Assembly (NCBI RefSeq): GCF_018977255.1
Contig: NW_024704742.1
Span: 20,090,001 to 20,154,000, forward strand
DNA: 64,000 bases
Direction of reading: 5' to 3'
Source: Callorhinchus milii
Lineage: Eukaryota
This document shows, piece by piece, positions 47,914-61,719 of the stretch. Below the pieces are notes generated by a model. The model did no database searches, had not been told where the DNA came from, and worked only from the letters and a program-made list of their open reading frames with translations. How positions within the stretch are numbered: the stretch's first letter is position 1; every line of letters begins with the position of its first letter. The position numbers and the translations under genes were made by a program.

Positions 47914-48005
47914 ATTTTAATTCCAACAGCACGATATCATCTGCAAACAGAATTGCCGCATTTTAATTCCAACAGCACGATATCATCTGCAAACCGAATT
48001 GCTGC
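47914..48005 (+). repeat. 46-bp tandem duplication
   Basis: ATTTTAATTCCAACAGCACGATATCATCTGCAAAC(A/C)GAATTGC(C/T)GC x2. Confidence 0.92.
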
Positions 48006-48364
48006 ATTTCTATTAGAAATCTCTGGTAAAGACACACCACATCCATCTCTGTGCTTATCCAATCTATCATTGACGGATATATTAAATAAGGCATTTAGAT
48101 GGAACATCTTTCATACAGCTGAAATTAAAAAGTTCTATGGGTAATTTATGAAGAGAAAATCCAGACAATTCGAATAATCTCTCTAAAGCTCCCCAGACTT
48201 GAATACTGCAGAAACTAGAAAATGATAATACTCCAACAGTAAAAGACAGGTTCAGTGAATTTTTAATACCGGTAATATTTCCACCTACTACACTTGGGTA
48301 CTTTTATTACCCCTTTACGGAGGGGTTTATGGCAGCTGCAGCTGTACATGTGTTGTATACAAAA

Positions 48365-48505
48365 TAAACAAGAGTAGAGAATAGAGGGGAATGAGAGAGG
48401 TGATTAGGACAGGTTGAGGTTTGTGTGGAGTATAATCACCAACATGGACTACTTGGGCTGAATGGCTGTTTTTGTGCTGTAACATGGTATGTAATTCTAC
48501 GGATT
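48365..48505 (+). mobile_element. CR1-type 3' tail
   Basis: GTGTGGAGTATAATCACCAACATGGACTACTTGGGCTGAATGGCTG; related copies at ~55915-56035 and ~62735-62865. Confidence 0.65.
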
Positions 48506-48567
48506 TGCAAACAGTTTCAATGAAAATGTTTAGAAATCAAAGAATGTCATATGTTTTCCATTTTGAC

Positions 48568-48655
48568 ATTCTGATGAAAGATTATCGACCTGAAACTTTT
48601 CTCTCCATGGATGCTGCCTGACCTGCTGAGTATTCCCATCGACTTCCATTTATTG
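48568..48655 (+). mobile_element. Second Penelope-type terminal fragment with a degenerate hammerhead core
   Basis: CTGATGA-AAGATTATCGACCT-GAAAC followed by TCTCCATGGATGCTGCCTGACCTGCTGAG, homologous to 4210-4404. Confidence 0.6.
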
Positions 48656-50419
48656 TCTGGCTTATCCCTTCCACTGTCTGACTTATCCTTCAAATTCCTA
48701 ACTGTCCAGCACCTCGAGACGTTCTCTCGACGTGAAAAGCACTATAAAAATGCAATTTGTTGTTGTTGTTCCTATCCCTATCGAATGACCTCAGTAGTCC
48801 CTTTCTTGATCACTGACAATTTCAGCTGCACCCGGCTTAAATCATTGCCAGACAAACACCGAGAGATACAGAAAGATACAGGTCTTGAGTAGTGAGTTTT
48901 TAAGATCTTGAAAACTTGCACTAGATCACGTTGGTGCAAACGATTAGGCTCTGTCTAACCCAGACCGACAATAAAACACCAGGAAATCGTACTTCACAAA
49001 AACACAGCCTGAAGTATATCAGCATTCCCACCAGCTCCTTTTCCAATTAAAAAAATAACCTTTTAATTCCAAATGTTACAAGAATATTGTAAATTGATAT
49101 GCTGTATATGTGCTTACACAAACTTTAAAAGTGAGAAATGAAATAAGTAAACACAATAGAAAAATGGAAGATTTTACCAACAAAACAAAATAAACAAATT
49201 ACATTTGCGTAGTGCCTTTCCTTTCAGGGGACATCTCAAAGCGCTGGATAGTCAAGGATTTGGACCCGAGTTGGGGGTTGGGATCAGGAGGGGTAGAGGG
49301 CAGGAAGGGTAACATACATTTTCTTCACAGTACAGAAAACTATCAGTCAGACAAGTCTCTTCATTCTATTTTTCTCTCAGTTCCTCTCTTGAAGTAGTTC
49401 TGATGTGATGTTCTCATGCTCCCCCTCTGGCCTCTTCAGATAAACTATTTTCTACCAAGACCCAACAAAAATCTTTGATCTCAAATAATCACTGATCTGC
49501 GTTTCAGGAGGAGCTTCGAAGCATTCCTTTAATTCAAGGTGTGAAAAAAACTGACTACCGTCTTTGAGAACATTATTTAAACATACTCTGTAAAAGTGCA
49601 ACTTGGAACTCTCAGTCTGTGTTGCCCATCCTTAAGCATGGTGATGTTCTCTAGATGCCACCCTGCATGAAGGGTGCTACGTAAATACAAGTTGTTGTTG
49701 TTATTGATGAGTTTCTACATATGTCAGACACCCAGATGACTCCCCAAAAAGTTGTTCAGTGGACTAACAGTTCTCCATTAACATGCGTAGGCAATAGTTA
49801 TGCTTTGATGAAATTTTTTATAATTTAGTTTTCTATCTATTTTATAATAAAAAGACAGATATTTGTTTTAGGGTAGGATCTGTGTATGATTGTTTGATAA
49901 CTCCCCTCTGTTTAAACACATTTTTAGGAATCCAAGGATATAGGAAAACCAAATCCAGCTTGTTCCAAAGTATAGATTCTTTATAGAACCTTATCTGGTT
50001 ATTTACTGCATTTTCCTCCCCAAACAAGATTAATGCACTGTGCACTGTCTACAGTCTACTAGAGCAGAGATCAATGCAATTGTCTTTTAAAATGTTTCTA
50101 TGGGGTTGACATTTACTGCTCTTGATAATATTCTATTCCATGAATTGTTTGTTACATATAACTGTTATAACTGCAATAAATTGATACCTAATTAATGCTT
50201 TAAGTGTGTTAGATCCTTATTTTCCTCTCACCTCTGCTGAAAGCTTTTGTACAATTGTTTAACCCTTAGATTGCCAGCCGATCTGCAGAAACTCTTGCTT
50301 TTTCTGCTCATGCACAGTGACATAAAATAATACCAAACACCACAATAATAAAGCTACAATTATAAAGCTACTTAAAATTCAGGATGGATATGCTATATTC
50401 GTCCGATATTGAACGTAAC

Positions 50420-50695
50420 TTGGCTGGCTCCGGCCTCCTGTTTGTCCCTGATCCCCACCGTTCCACCATCGGTAGCTGTGTCTTTAGCCACTACCTGCCT
50501 CAAAACTCTGGAACTCTCTCCGTCAATCACTCCGCCTTGCCCCCTCCCTCCCCACTTTCAAATCCCACCTAAAGACCTTCCGTTTTGATTGCACTTATGG
50601 TCAACTCCCCCCTCCCTCTCCCCCTCGCTTGGGGTCAGACTCCGCCACTGTCAAGCACTCCACATGAAGGGTTTAATATAAATGCAGGTTGCTGT
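50420..50695 (+). mobile_element. L2 3' end
   Basis: Encodes SGLLFVP..HRSTIG..VFSHY; tail CCACTGTCAAGCAC...ATATAAATGCAGGTTG. Confidence 0.75.
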
Positions 50696-51410
50696 AGTAT
50701 AGCTGAGCAAAGTAAATATAAGACAAATATCTTAACAATGTTATTTGGGCCTATCCGATTTCCCTTTATCCTTCTCTATTCTCTTTTCCCCATTCTCTCA
50801 ATCCTTTTTAAATTTTAGCTTTACTTTTACTTTTTTTCCACCTATTCTAATATTTTTCCTACTTTGTTTTTAAGTTTAAAAACTATGACTTACTCTTGTT
50901 TTCTCTGGTTGACCGCTGAGTGTCTATTTCTGAAATAATTTTTTTGGTGGGGGGTTGAAAACTAGATAGACAACGTGTGCCTTATTTGCTATTTTGAGAA
51001 ATCGCATCGATTTTAATTTTATCTGGATGATTGTTGACCAGGACACAAGGAGAAATTCCCTTCTCTTTTCCAACAGTGCCATGAAATCGTTAACATCCAC
51101 CTAGACAGACAGATGGGACCTTGGTTTAATGCCTCATCTGAAGAATGGATTTATTGCACACCTGCTTACAAATTAAAATTGAATTTTAGAATTTGTCAAA
51201 AATTCTGCACAATTTCACATTTTAAAATATTGTTTTTAAGGTTAAGACAATCACAGAATTTGGATCTCCGGCATTTAAAGTTTTTTGCAATTACAGTGTT
51301 GAATCAAATGACGATGTACTGTACATAGAAGTGCTTGAGATTCTTTGAGATGCAACAGAACTGACAAACATATCTGTCGCATTATATTTACTGATTAAAT
51401 ATAATTATGG

Positions 51411-51617
51411 TAATAACAATAATAATCCTTGCATTTGATAGAGTGCCTTGTCACATCTTTGAGATGTCACAATGCGCTTTCACAGAATTTTACTATAAAA
51501 TATAGTGACTATGTATTTTGTGGGTGAATGTGGCAGCCATTTTGTGCCCAGCAATGATCCTCAAGCAAGTCATGGAGTGAATGACCAATTTTATCAGGAG
51601 GAATGTTGGCCAGGACC
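51411..51617 (-). mobile_element. Deu-domain SINE 3' part
   Basis: AATAATCCTTGCATTTGATAG tail; GTGGCAGCCATTTTGTGCCCAGCAAT. Confidence 0.75.
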
Positions 51618-53179
51618 TTCTGGAAGAGAGTAACATTTGACTACATGTTAATTAATATGTTCTTGTTGCTCTGGGACGCTATCCTGCATGAGTTGGTGTT
51701 GTTGCATCTTCTCCTTTACGTATGATTGCTATAAGACATTTGTCTTATTTAGTTTCTGAATGGAAGCTTGGCTGAAACAATGACCCCTGCTCAAAATATC
51801 TGATAACTGATAATAAAAATGCTGTTACATAAATAGAAACGTTTTCTTAAACCAGCTTTTTGCATTAAACATGGACTGATTTTAGAACATGCATCGTCCT
51901 GTATGTTTTGATTACACTTTGGTGATTGCACTGATTTTGTGCCATGGCTTGTTGATGCAAAATACATTGCCTCTTTGGCAGCAAGCTTTCGTTTTGGTAA
52001 AAACCCTGGAGCTTTATCCCCACCACTGCTGAGCTGATTTAAGTTGGCATAACTTGTCCAGTTATTTAGTGGTGCACCATCTACGAGAAGCAAATACAAT
52101 CGAGGTACAGATTCAGCAAGCAGTCATGAGTGTAATAAGAAGTTTATCATCCCCACTGAATTGCAACCCGTGATTTGCTGAACTCCGATGTTCCTCAAGA
52201 AACAGTCTATGAACAGTCCATAGCAGTTTACCAATTGTCCATGATGTGTGATCATTAACCAGATCCATCAAATAGCCATCAAGGTGATATCCTATGTTCC
52301 TATTCTTGGTTTGCAACTAGCCTGTGAACATTTGATGGACACGGAAGTGAAAGGAATGATTTTAAAAATCCACAAAATGTATATCTCAAAGAAAACATGT
52401 TTAGCTTATTTGCTATCAGAGTTGAAAGTCCCTTTTGGGGAGAACATTCGATTTCCAGTGGACTGCTCCCCGGCATCTGATTTGTGTTCACAGGAGAAAT
52501 AAAATGAGAAGGTTGATTAAAGTATCACTGAATAATTCACTATAGAACTGCTTTTCTTCAGTTGTACTTACCTTCAAGAGCAAGCGACAGAAAGCACTCT
52601 CATTTTGTGGTAAAACTACTTTAATATCATATATATTATATTAGCTTTTTCTTGAAATATAAATCCCATTCTCTGATGCAAATGGTCAAGTACAGGCATC
52701 AGTGTCTGGGTCCAGGGGTGATTATCAAAAAAAAACGTGTTCATCAATTATCAAGCGGTTATTATTTAAGATAAGTTATCTCTATTCAATTTCATTTCAT
52801 TTAACGACAACAATAAGAACAATTTACATTTATATAACACCTTTTACATCAAGAGGATGTCTCAGAGCACTTAATACTTTGAACTGAGTAAGTCCATTAA
52901 GAGTCAGACTTTTTATGAAATAACTTTAAGTGAAAAATGCCAACTATAATATAGTTCTTTAAAAAACTGTCAAAATATTTCATTTTAAATTACATAAAAA
53001 ACAATTTTGAGATATACAATCATTAAGTATGGTACAAAATCATTATTAATCAACCTCTTGTAATGCAATTTAATGAAATTGTTCTGCTGTACAGTTGAGC
53101 TTCCTTACAAATTGCATAGGGCTACGTCAACAGTAATTTCTACAAAGTGTTTTGAAATGTTTCAATGATGTGGTAAGAC

Positions 53180-53450
53180 ACTCGGCCTGTTTTATGTCCC
53201 CCCTCCTCACCATCAGCAGATGGGTTTGCAGCCTATTTGCCCCCGTTTTCTGGAATTCCATCGCAGTGTCCCAATGACTCATTGCACCCCTTACTTCCTT
53301 CAAGGTCTGCTTCAAGACCTTTCTCTTTGACCACATCTTCAGTCATCTTTCACCTTCCCCCCTTGTCCCTCACACACCAGCTCAGGTGCAAACTCTGGAC
53401 TGTCTAGCACCTTGGGATGTGAAAGGTTCTATATACGTTTATTGTTGGCG
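53180..53450 (+). mobile_element. L2 3' end
   Basis: TGGAATTCCATC...CCTTCAAGGTCTGCTTCAAGACC...ACTGTCTAGCACCTTGGGATGTGAAAGG. Confidence 0.75.
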
Positions 53451-56085
53451 TTCGTTAAAATAGACAAGATTACCAAACATTCATCATATACTGTGCATTT
53501 TATATAGAACCCGTGACCTTATTTTCAAATTATCGGGTAAAAAGGCACTTTCAGCAGGCTGTGGCAGCATCTGTGTGTCATAAAGATGAGTGCCTTGTCA
53601 TCACCTCCGTTGGGTTTTGACATATTGCCTGGAGAAGTTAAGTCATTCAATCAGAGATATTAACATGTGGAAGTAAGACCTAGGTCAATGACATGAATTG
53701 CAGATCAACAGAAGGTGAAAAGGCTTTAAAATATCAGAAAATGGCCAGATTTAATTAAATTAATGGGATTCACCTCCAATAAATGTATCACTTTAGCAGA
53801 AAGCATTTACAATCGAGTTAAGTCCACATTGGAACATGCAATACACTAATTTTTGTCAAAATAACTTTCAGTGCAACATCCCTTTTTCAGTCTGTATGAT
53901 TTTTTAAAAATCTAGCATTTTTAAATCAAGATTATGAGTTTAGCATTATGTGTCAATTTTACAATTTAGATAATGCACAGTGATTATAGGGCTAGCTTGT
54001 CATTTCCAAGGTATTTTGGCAGCTAATATCTTTTTACCGATAACTGTAGTGAAAGAAGAAAAAGGCTTGCCTTTTCTTTCAGTGTGCCAAATTAAATCAC
54101 ACAGAAGTTTTCAAATATCCTCCAGGCTTTTCAGTTCTCCCTTTGATCTCTCCTCAGATTTTTGTCTTCAATCTCACTTGAAGATTTTCATCTTACACAA
54201 CATGGTAGTTTAAATATTGTTTTAATTGAGCTCATGTAGGTTAATGGAAGCATCTGATGCATTCCTCCGTCATTTTTCTGCCTCAAATGCCTCGACCGGT
54301 ATTTCTTTTCATCTTCATTTGGTTTCCATGAGAACCATCCTTAGAGCAGAGGACCTTAGAAGAGTTGAATTGTGACCTCATAAAAAAGCACACAAGCACT
54401 GACATTAATTATTGCCCCGTCTGCCAGATACTTGAAGCCGGATATAGCAAAGAACAAATGGAGCTACACTTACAGCGTTTAAAGACTGCAGGATGGGTCT
54501 CAAATAATTTTGTTAAAAGGTCATTTAGATTAAATATTAGATTTGTTATCTGTTCGATACCTGTCAGTTTATTGTAACTATTACACGAAAACATATATTG
54601 CAATATCTTTCAATCCAATACATTTCTAAAATTCATGAGCTAGATTTAAAAAGCGAAGAATTAAAAAGTCATTCAGACCAAGACTTCTCATTATCTCAGT
54701 TAATGACGCCGAAGGATAGACAATGGGTAAAATTCTGATAAAAGTTCCCATAAATGGTTCCTTGTAGGTTATTTTTGGTATTGTAATGATTCTTTCAGAT
54801 ACTTGCTAATTTGGAGCAATCAGGCCAAATGTAGAGGAAATTGTTCCATTAGGATGTGAACATTGAGGAGCTGTGAACAGGTTCACACCATAAATGAACA
54901 CTATCCACCTGGAATGAGTAATTGCAATAAAAATGAAATGAATTGGAAATTTCTTTCATAAATTCTCTCCTATAATTTTTTAATTTGGATTTGGTGTCAG
55001 TTGCAACTAATCTTCACAAACGTACAGTAGAGGTCAATAGCAATTGGTTATCTTCAGCAGCTCATGATACCTCCTCAAACTCAAACTGAGAAGAGAAATG
55101 ATTTTTTTAACTGCCGTACTCTGCAAGGTTTTACTATGCCTTTTATTGAAAGTAGACTCTGCAGATCTTTTTGATGATGTAGTGTCATTTTTGCTTTGCA
55201 ACACCACTTTCCGGCTTTCACTGTGGCGAAGAGGTGATTCAAACTAACATATTCTGTGCCGTTTTAGCACTTGAGCAAACAAGATCATTACTCCAGCTGC
55301 TCTAAACATAGCTTGTGTGCAAAGCAGATGATTTTACATTTGCTTCTTTATAAAGCTACATTAATACGCAAATAGGCAACATGCAGTTTTAAAATGATTC
55401 GAAATTTCACTTAGAAATTTCATTTGTTGTTTCAAATAGACTTTTCAGAGGTCTTGAGTGCTATTTGCTGATAACTGTAAATTGCGTTTTCTTTTAGTTT
55501 AGTTTGTTAATTAAGCTTTGAGGATTACTGGTATTTATTTCTGAGCATAATCCTTCAGTTTCAGTGGATATTTGATCAATCAGCCTCCTGGTAACTGTTT
55601 TTCCTCCAATTTGCTGGTGTCTCGCTAAGCTTCTTGAATTCTGGGCTTAAGGGTTATTGGTTTCTCTGCAGTTCACTCTCTTGATGCAGATTCAGCCTTC
55701 TCTCAACACCAGAATTTACTGGAATACATTCTGTCAATATACAAGTCATGCTTCTTTATGGATTTAGATCTATTTTTCATCCTGCATATATATTGTAAAT
55801 ATTCAAGATCATCGTCCTCATGTTCAAATTCCTCCACAGCCTCACTCCATCTCTGCAAATCCTTTGTTGAAGCAGAACCATAAACATTTTTCAAAGGAAA
55901 CTGTTAATCCCTCAGCATATATGAGGGAAATGGATAAGGGGCTTAGAATGGGAGTTGGAGAATAAGCGTTGACATAGACTAGTTGGGCCAAATGGTCTGT
56001 TTCTGTGCCGTAATGTTCTACGCAAGTCTGTGTAATTCCTTAAAATGTCACTTTTCCCCAATCATTGTGACAATCTCAATGTAAT

Positions 56086-56503
56086 AAATAATCCTTCCAT
56101 TTGGTACAGCACCTTTCACATCAGGAAGATGTCCCAAAGTGCTTTACATGATTTACCGCTGAATGGAGTGATTGTGTATTTATAAAACAACCTAATTGCA
56201 CAGCAATGTCCCACAAACAGCTATGAGATGACTGATCTTTTTTTTATTTGGGGGGATTGGTCATGACACTGGGAGAAATACCCTTCTCTTTTCGAGTAAT
56301 GTCATGAGATCTTTAACATCCACCTGAACAAGCAGACAGAGCCTTGGTTTAACATCTCATCTGAAGAATGGCACCTCCAGTAAATGCAGCGCACCCATAG
56401 CATGGAGTGTCAACTTAGACTGTATGAGATTAAGTCCCGATGTTGGGCTTGAACTCACAACCTTCACAGAGGTGAGAGATCTACCAATTGAGCCAGGCTG
56501 ACA
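56086..56503 (-). mobile_element. Deu-domain tRNA-SINE, full length
   Basis: Reverse head CTACCAATTGAGCCAGGCTGACA ending at 56503; core; AATAATCCTT tail. Confidence 0.85.
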
Positions 56504-58556
56504 CCCATAACAGATGCATCCTTACAACCATTTCCACAGAAATAATTCTCTAATTTGCTGATACAGGTTTAGAATGCCAATCTGAAGCCAATTTCTTACT
56601 GTATATGTCTGATATTCCTCAAAAAAAATTTGAGATTATAATGGCAGTGGAGTTTCGTGGAGTTAGACAACAGAATTAAAACAATAAAAAAAATATTGCG
56701 TTTGCTATAACTCCTCTCCTGTTGGGAGGATGTTTCCAAGCACTTAATATTACTTACTGTAAAGTTTAGTGTCATTTCATCCAAAGCACGGCACCTTTAA
56801 CAAGACAGTGCTCCCCCAGCACTGAATTGGAGTGTCAGCCTGGACTGTGAGTTCAAAATCCCGACTGAGCCCAAATTTTGAACACTTTTATTAAATAATC
56901 TGCTGACTCAGAGATGAGGGTGCTACCAACAGAGACAGGGTGATCCCTACAAAGTAATCCAACACAAGACTCCTGCAATGATATAAATATATTTTTCCAG
57001 ATCATGGCATATGAGAGACATTAGCTGTTCCTTGACAGTATGTGTCACAATTGCTACATGGAGCGATGTAATCTTTGACTTTGACATTCATGCTAGGCCA
57101 GTGGAAAATATCCATTACTCTGTGCAGACATGCTCTATTTCTGATCCAATGGATACTCTGCATCATGTTTGCCATCACATCCCTGGGATTGGGGACACTA
57201 TTAGTGACATTCCCTTAAACACGACTGGGTAGAAATTCCATCCGGGTCTGTATTTACCTGATCAATAGTGCATTTCAGAGGATTCAGAATTTGTCAAATT
57301 CTTAAATACAGTCTTTAATTTGGAAACCGTTTTTCTGTAGGTATCTTTTAAGAACCTCAGAAAACTGGGTTCAAAGTTAAAACTGAATTCAACAATTTAC
57401 CAAATTCTCCCGATTGTGAAACGCACTGTTAATAGCGTAAATCTGGACCCAGGTGGAATTCCCCGCAAATACTGTGTATCAGCTATTAACATCTTCAGAA
57501 GATTTGGCTCATTTCTGCACTTGTCAGTGCTGTGACCTTTTACCCACCATTTGAAACCAAGATATATCAAGAGAACCACTTCTTTACTTTTGACAACTGG
57601 ACATATTACTGATCTATTGTATCTATTGGACATTTGCAGTGTAGATTCAACATATATAGAATTCATCTGGATTTTTCATTTTATTTTTAATTATTGTAAG
57701 GACCTACATTGGAACAAATATACCCTACACTGTACGTGCCTTATGCTAATAATGAAATGTAATGTATTTGATGTGGCACTTTATCATGTCAAAACGTCTC
57801 CTCTTTCAGTGTAGTGACTTTGTATTTGTAGTATTTCTAGGTCTTGGGGAGACAAAATGATTATTTTAAAACCATTCTCTTACACTGTCTATTGAGACTA
57901 TTGATTCTCTTCACGAAAACCGGCAACTAGCAAAACAGCTCAAATTAGTTTAGTTCCAATTTGTAGGGTTTCTACCGGGTTATTTATTCTTGATGTTCTC
58001 TTTCTGCCTTACTTAAGGAATAGTTTCAGCACCCCTGATCTGCTTCATTTGAGTCACTTGATCACCCTTGTCCATTTTATCAAACAGTCTCTTCCAGTGA
58101 CAATACAAGTAGTTTTTGATTCATGCTGAACTGTCGAGGAAAATCACCAAATATGTCCCTTTTCTTCCTGACTGCACTTTGTTGATTATTCTAGTGTTTA
58201 GGTTGCACAGATGCAATGTTTACCCACCACCACACTGTCATTATTTAAGTACATATGACATGCAAATATAACAACTTCCATTTAGAAAGTGCCATCATGT
58301 AAAATAAATGTCTCAAAGCAATTTGCAGAACAAAATTAATTGGAAGCAAAACAAATGTTGTTATAAGAGTTCCCCACGTAGCAGTTAATTTGATGTCCTA
58401 TAAACAACAAATAGATGAGGAGCCAATTAATTAGAATTTGGTGTGAATTGGGATGAAGTGGGAATATAAACCAAGATAATCAGATGAAAAACTCCCCATT
58501 TATGTGAAGTTTTGCAGAGCACTGCAATGTCACGAAAGCTGTCCTTAGATAAGGTA

Positions 58557-58843
58557 TAATAATAATAATAATAATAATAATAATCCTTGCATTTGATATA
58601 GCGCTTTTCACGTCGGGAGGACGTCCCAAAGCGCTTCACAGAACACACTGTAAAGTGAATTGACTGTATATTTGTGGGCGAACGCGGCAGCCAATTGCGC
58701 ACAGCAATGTCCCACAAACAATCGTAGATTGAAAATGACCAATTTATTATTGTTTTTGGTTTTGGAGGGATTATTATTAGGCGTGTGGAGTAAGGAAACT
58801 TGCCCAAGGTTTCGTCCTGACCTGCCTGGAATTGAACTCAGGT
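58557..58843 (-). mobile_element. Young tRNA-Ala-derived SINE, 5'-truncated
   Basis: Near-identical to 25494-25770; long (TAA)n tail. Confidence 0.92.
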
Positions 58844-58927
58844 ATGAACTGTCAAAGAGCCGGCACAGAATCGATGGGCCAAATGGCCTCCTTCTGTGCA
58901 TTAACATTCTATGAATCTATGAATCTA
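58844..58927 (+). mobile_element. CR1 3' tail abutting the truncated SINE head
   Basis: GAGCCGGCACAGAATCGATGGGCCAAATGGCCTCCTTCTGTGC...TTCTATGAATCTATGAATCTA. Confidence 0.85.
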
Positions 58928-59089
58928 AAAACTATCTGTCCAAGTGGATGCTAAAGGTTCCATTGCACTACTTGCAAAGAAAAGGGAGTTTCTCCTGGTG
59001 TCCTGGCCAACAATTCCTAGATAAGATTGATCACTTATCTGGTTGTTTGTGGGACATTGCTGCACGCAAATTGGCTGTCAAGTTCTCCG

Positions 59090-59497
59090 ACAACAACAAC
59101 AAAATTACATTTATAGAGAGCCTTTCACGTCAGGACAACGTTCCAAAGTGCTGAAGGTGTTGGGGCCCGAGCATTGGGTAGGGGTGAGAGAAGGCAGAGA
59201 GGTGGGAGGGCGACCAAAGGCACGATTGAAGAGAAGGGTCTTGAGACCAGCCTTGAAGGAGGCAAGGGAGGAAGCGAGGCGAAGGGACTGTGGGATGGAG
59301 TTCCAGAGTGTGGGGACAGAGAGGCTGAAAGCCCAGCCACTGATTGTAGGTTGGGTCGGGCGGGAGACATGGAGCAGGCCAGAGTCCGCTGAATGGAGGG
59401 AACGGGCAGGTTGGTAGGGAGTCAGCAGGTCAGAGAGGTAGGAGGGCGCAAGGTCATGGATGCCCTTAAAGGTGATGGCCTTAAAGATGACCTTCAA
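59090..59497 (-). mobile_element. L2 3' end inserted in a Deu-SINE (58930-59580)
   Basis: ORF 59111-59569: FKGIHDLAPSYLSDLLTPYQPARSLHSADSGLL...LWNSIP..LR...SFKAGLKTLLF. Confidence 0.9.
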
Positions 59498-60876
59498 GTA
59501 GTCACTACGTTTATAGTAAACCTTGTGAAGCAAATTGAGATTTTTTGTCAAAGGCTCAATCAAATGCAAGGATTGTTATTTCTGAAATGAATGATTTAAT
59601 TAATTTGGATGTAATATGTTGTACAGTATTATGTTTGTAACTAAAAATAATAATATGGCCAGCTTCACTGAATAGCACAGGTCTTCTGTAGCATCTTGAG
59701 TGTATCTGAAAGCCATGTTGTCTTATTTCTTTCACTCATCCAGTTTCTTTACACATCTACACAATATTCAGGCTTCAGCCTGATAGACCCATTTCTCCAG
59801 AGTCTTTGTTTTTTATAAGGGAGCCCTTAAAGAGAAGTGATCAAGCCTTGACTCTGGGTGAAAATTACAGTCCAACTGCAATAATTAGCAATCCTAAGTG
59901 GATGATTAAGGAAAATTTGATCAATTGGAAAACAGAAAATCCATCCTTATGAAGAAAGAAACGATTTTTTTAAAACAAATTGTGGAAAACTTTCAAATTA
60001 AGACAGTGTTGTCAGTGGCAAGCTATGTGGCAGTATGTGGCAGACTGCAGCAGTACCCCAACTCACACTCAGTGGTCCCCAAGCCTTGGCTCTTACCAAC
60101 CTGTGCTTAATACTTTACAGAATTAGATAAACAGGATGCATCCCTCCAGGGAGAGAGTGCGCATTCCATTCCAATAAACATCTCTGGAATTTCCATGTGT
60201 AGGTGGGATGAGTGGAATTCTCAGTTTGGTTTGGATACTCTTGAGCAAGGTGATGGGTTTCGGCATGCATCAGACACCCAGCTGACCAGAAAATAAGACT
60301 GGATTAAAGAATTTCTAAAATTTGAATGTTCTTGAGATGGGGGTCTTAAGGCTAAGACTGTGAGCTATTTCAGCCCTCTACAGCTTTAAGAAAGAGATTT
60401 ACAACTGTCGTGCATCTTTAGTGGTGGAAACAAGAGTGGTAGACAGTAGAGACTACTTCACTGTCATACTGTGAAAAAAAAGGGGAAATCAATGCCAGAT
60501 AGAGAATGTTATTTTGGAATGAGAATTCTGTCTTCTGTCACAGTCCATTTGTTTTGGTGTGAGTTGAAATAACAGTCAGGAAAATCCAAATGGCTGCTTT
60601 GTTCTGTGTTTTGCATTGATTTCCATAGTACTGAATGCATTATGACAGGGAGCCAGCTTGGACAACAAACAAAGGAGACACATCTCTGGAATCTGCTAGC
60701 GTATCATTTTCTTGTGGCGCTGAGATATATCAGTGTCTGGAGTGCACTCTCACATCTACAAAGTAAGTTGCTATTTTTATTTTCTTTCTGAACATGATGG
60801 GCATTCTTTTCAAAGAAATTGTAATAAAACACATCCCATTTGTGATTCCCAACAGCAGGATTGTAACTTAGAATCA

Positions 60877-61640
60877 TCAACAACAACAACAAGTTACACT
60901 TATATTGCGCCTTTCACATCAGGAAGGCAACCCAAGCCGCGGCATAGTGGGGGTTGAAATCAGGAGGGATGGAGGGGAAAGAGTGTGGGAGTGGGAAAGA
61001 TGAGGGTCTTGAGACAGACCTTGAAGGAGGCAAGGGAAGGGGCAAGTTGGAGGTTCTTCAGGATGTTCTGGAGGGTGGGGGCAGAAAGACTTAAGGCCCA
61101 ACTGCTGATGGTGGAGCAGGCAGGCCAGGGTTGTGGGGCAGGTGAGTGCCTGCTGAGTGGACAGATTGGTAAAGGTTTAGTGGGTCACAGGGGTTTGGAG
61201 GAATAATATCGTGGAGGGCTTTGAAAGTGGGGACGAGGATTTTAAACTGAATCCTCTGGGTGATGGGGTACTAGTTAAGCTGGAGGAGGGTGGAGGTGAT
61301 CGGGTTATGACACTTAGTGTGGGAGAGGACATGAGCTGCAGAGTTCTGAGTAATCTGCAGCTTGTGAAGGGAAGAGTTTGGAAGTCCAACGAGCAGGGAG
61401 TTAACATAGTCAAGATTGGACATAATGAGGGCACAGATGACGGTCTCATCAGCCTGAGGGGAGAGATAGTGGCAGAGGAGAGCGATGTTACATCATCGGG
61501 GAAGGCAGAATGGGTCATGGCATAGATGTTTAAAAAAGGTTGAACAAGATGCCAAGATTCCGCACTGGCTGAGTGAGGTGGCGAGTGCATCCATGCCGTC
61601 AGCGCTTAAGATAAGGAGGCGCGCTGATGGGAGCTAAGCA
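60877..61640 (-). mobile_element. L2 3' portion
   Basis: (CAA)n tail at ~60880; body homologous to 8555-9213. Confidence 0.85.
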
Positions 61641-61719
61641 GGACTGAATGTTTTGGTAATTGTTTAATCAGGCTAAGTACAAGAGGATGTTTCGCAACCG
61701 GTACACATTTTTGTTTCAT

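Noticed and set aside
51791..52502. Several 60-100 aa ORFs in unique sequence
   Set aside because: No recognisable domain and no consistent splice signals; a transposon remnant could not be supported.
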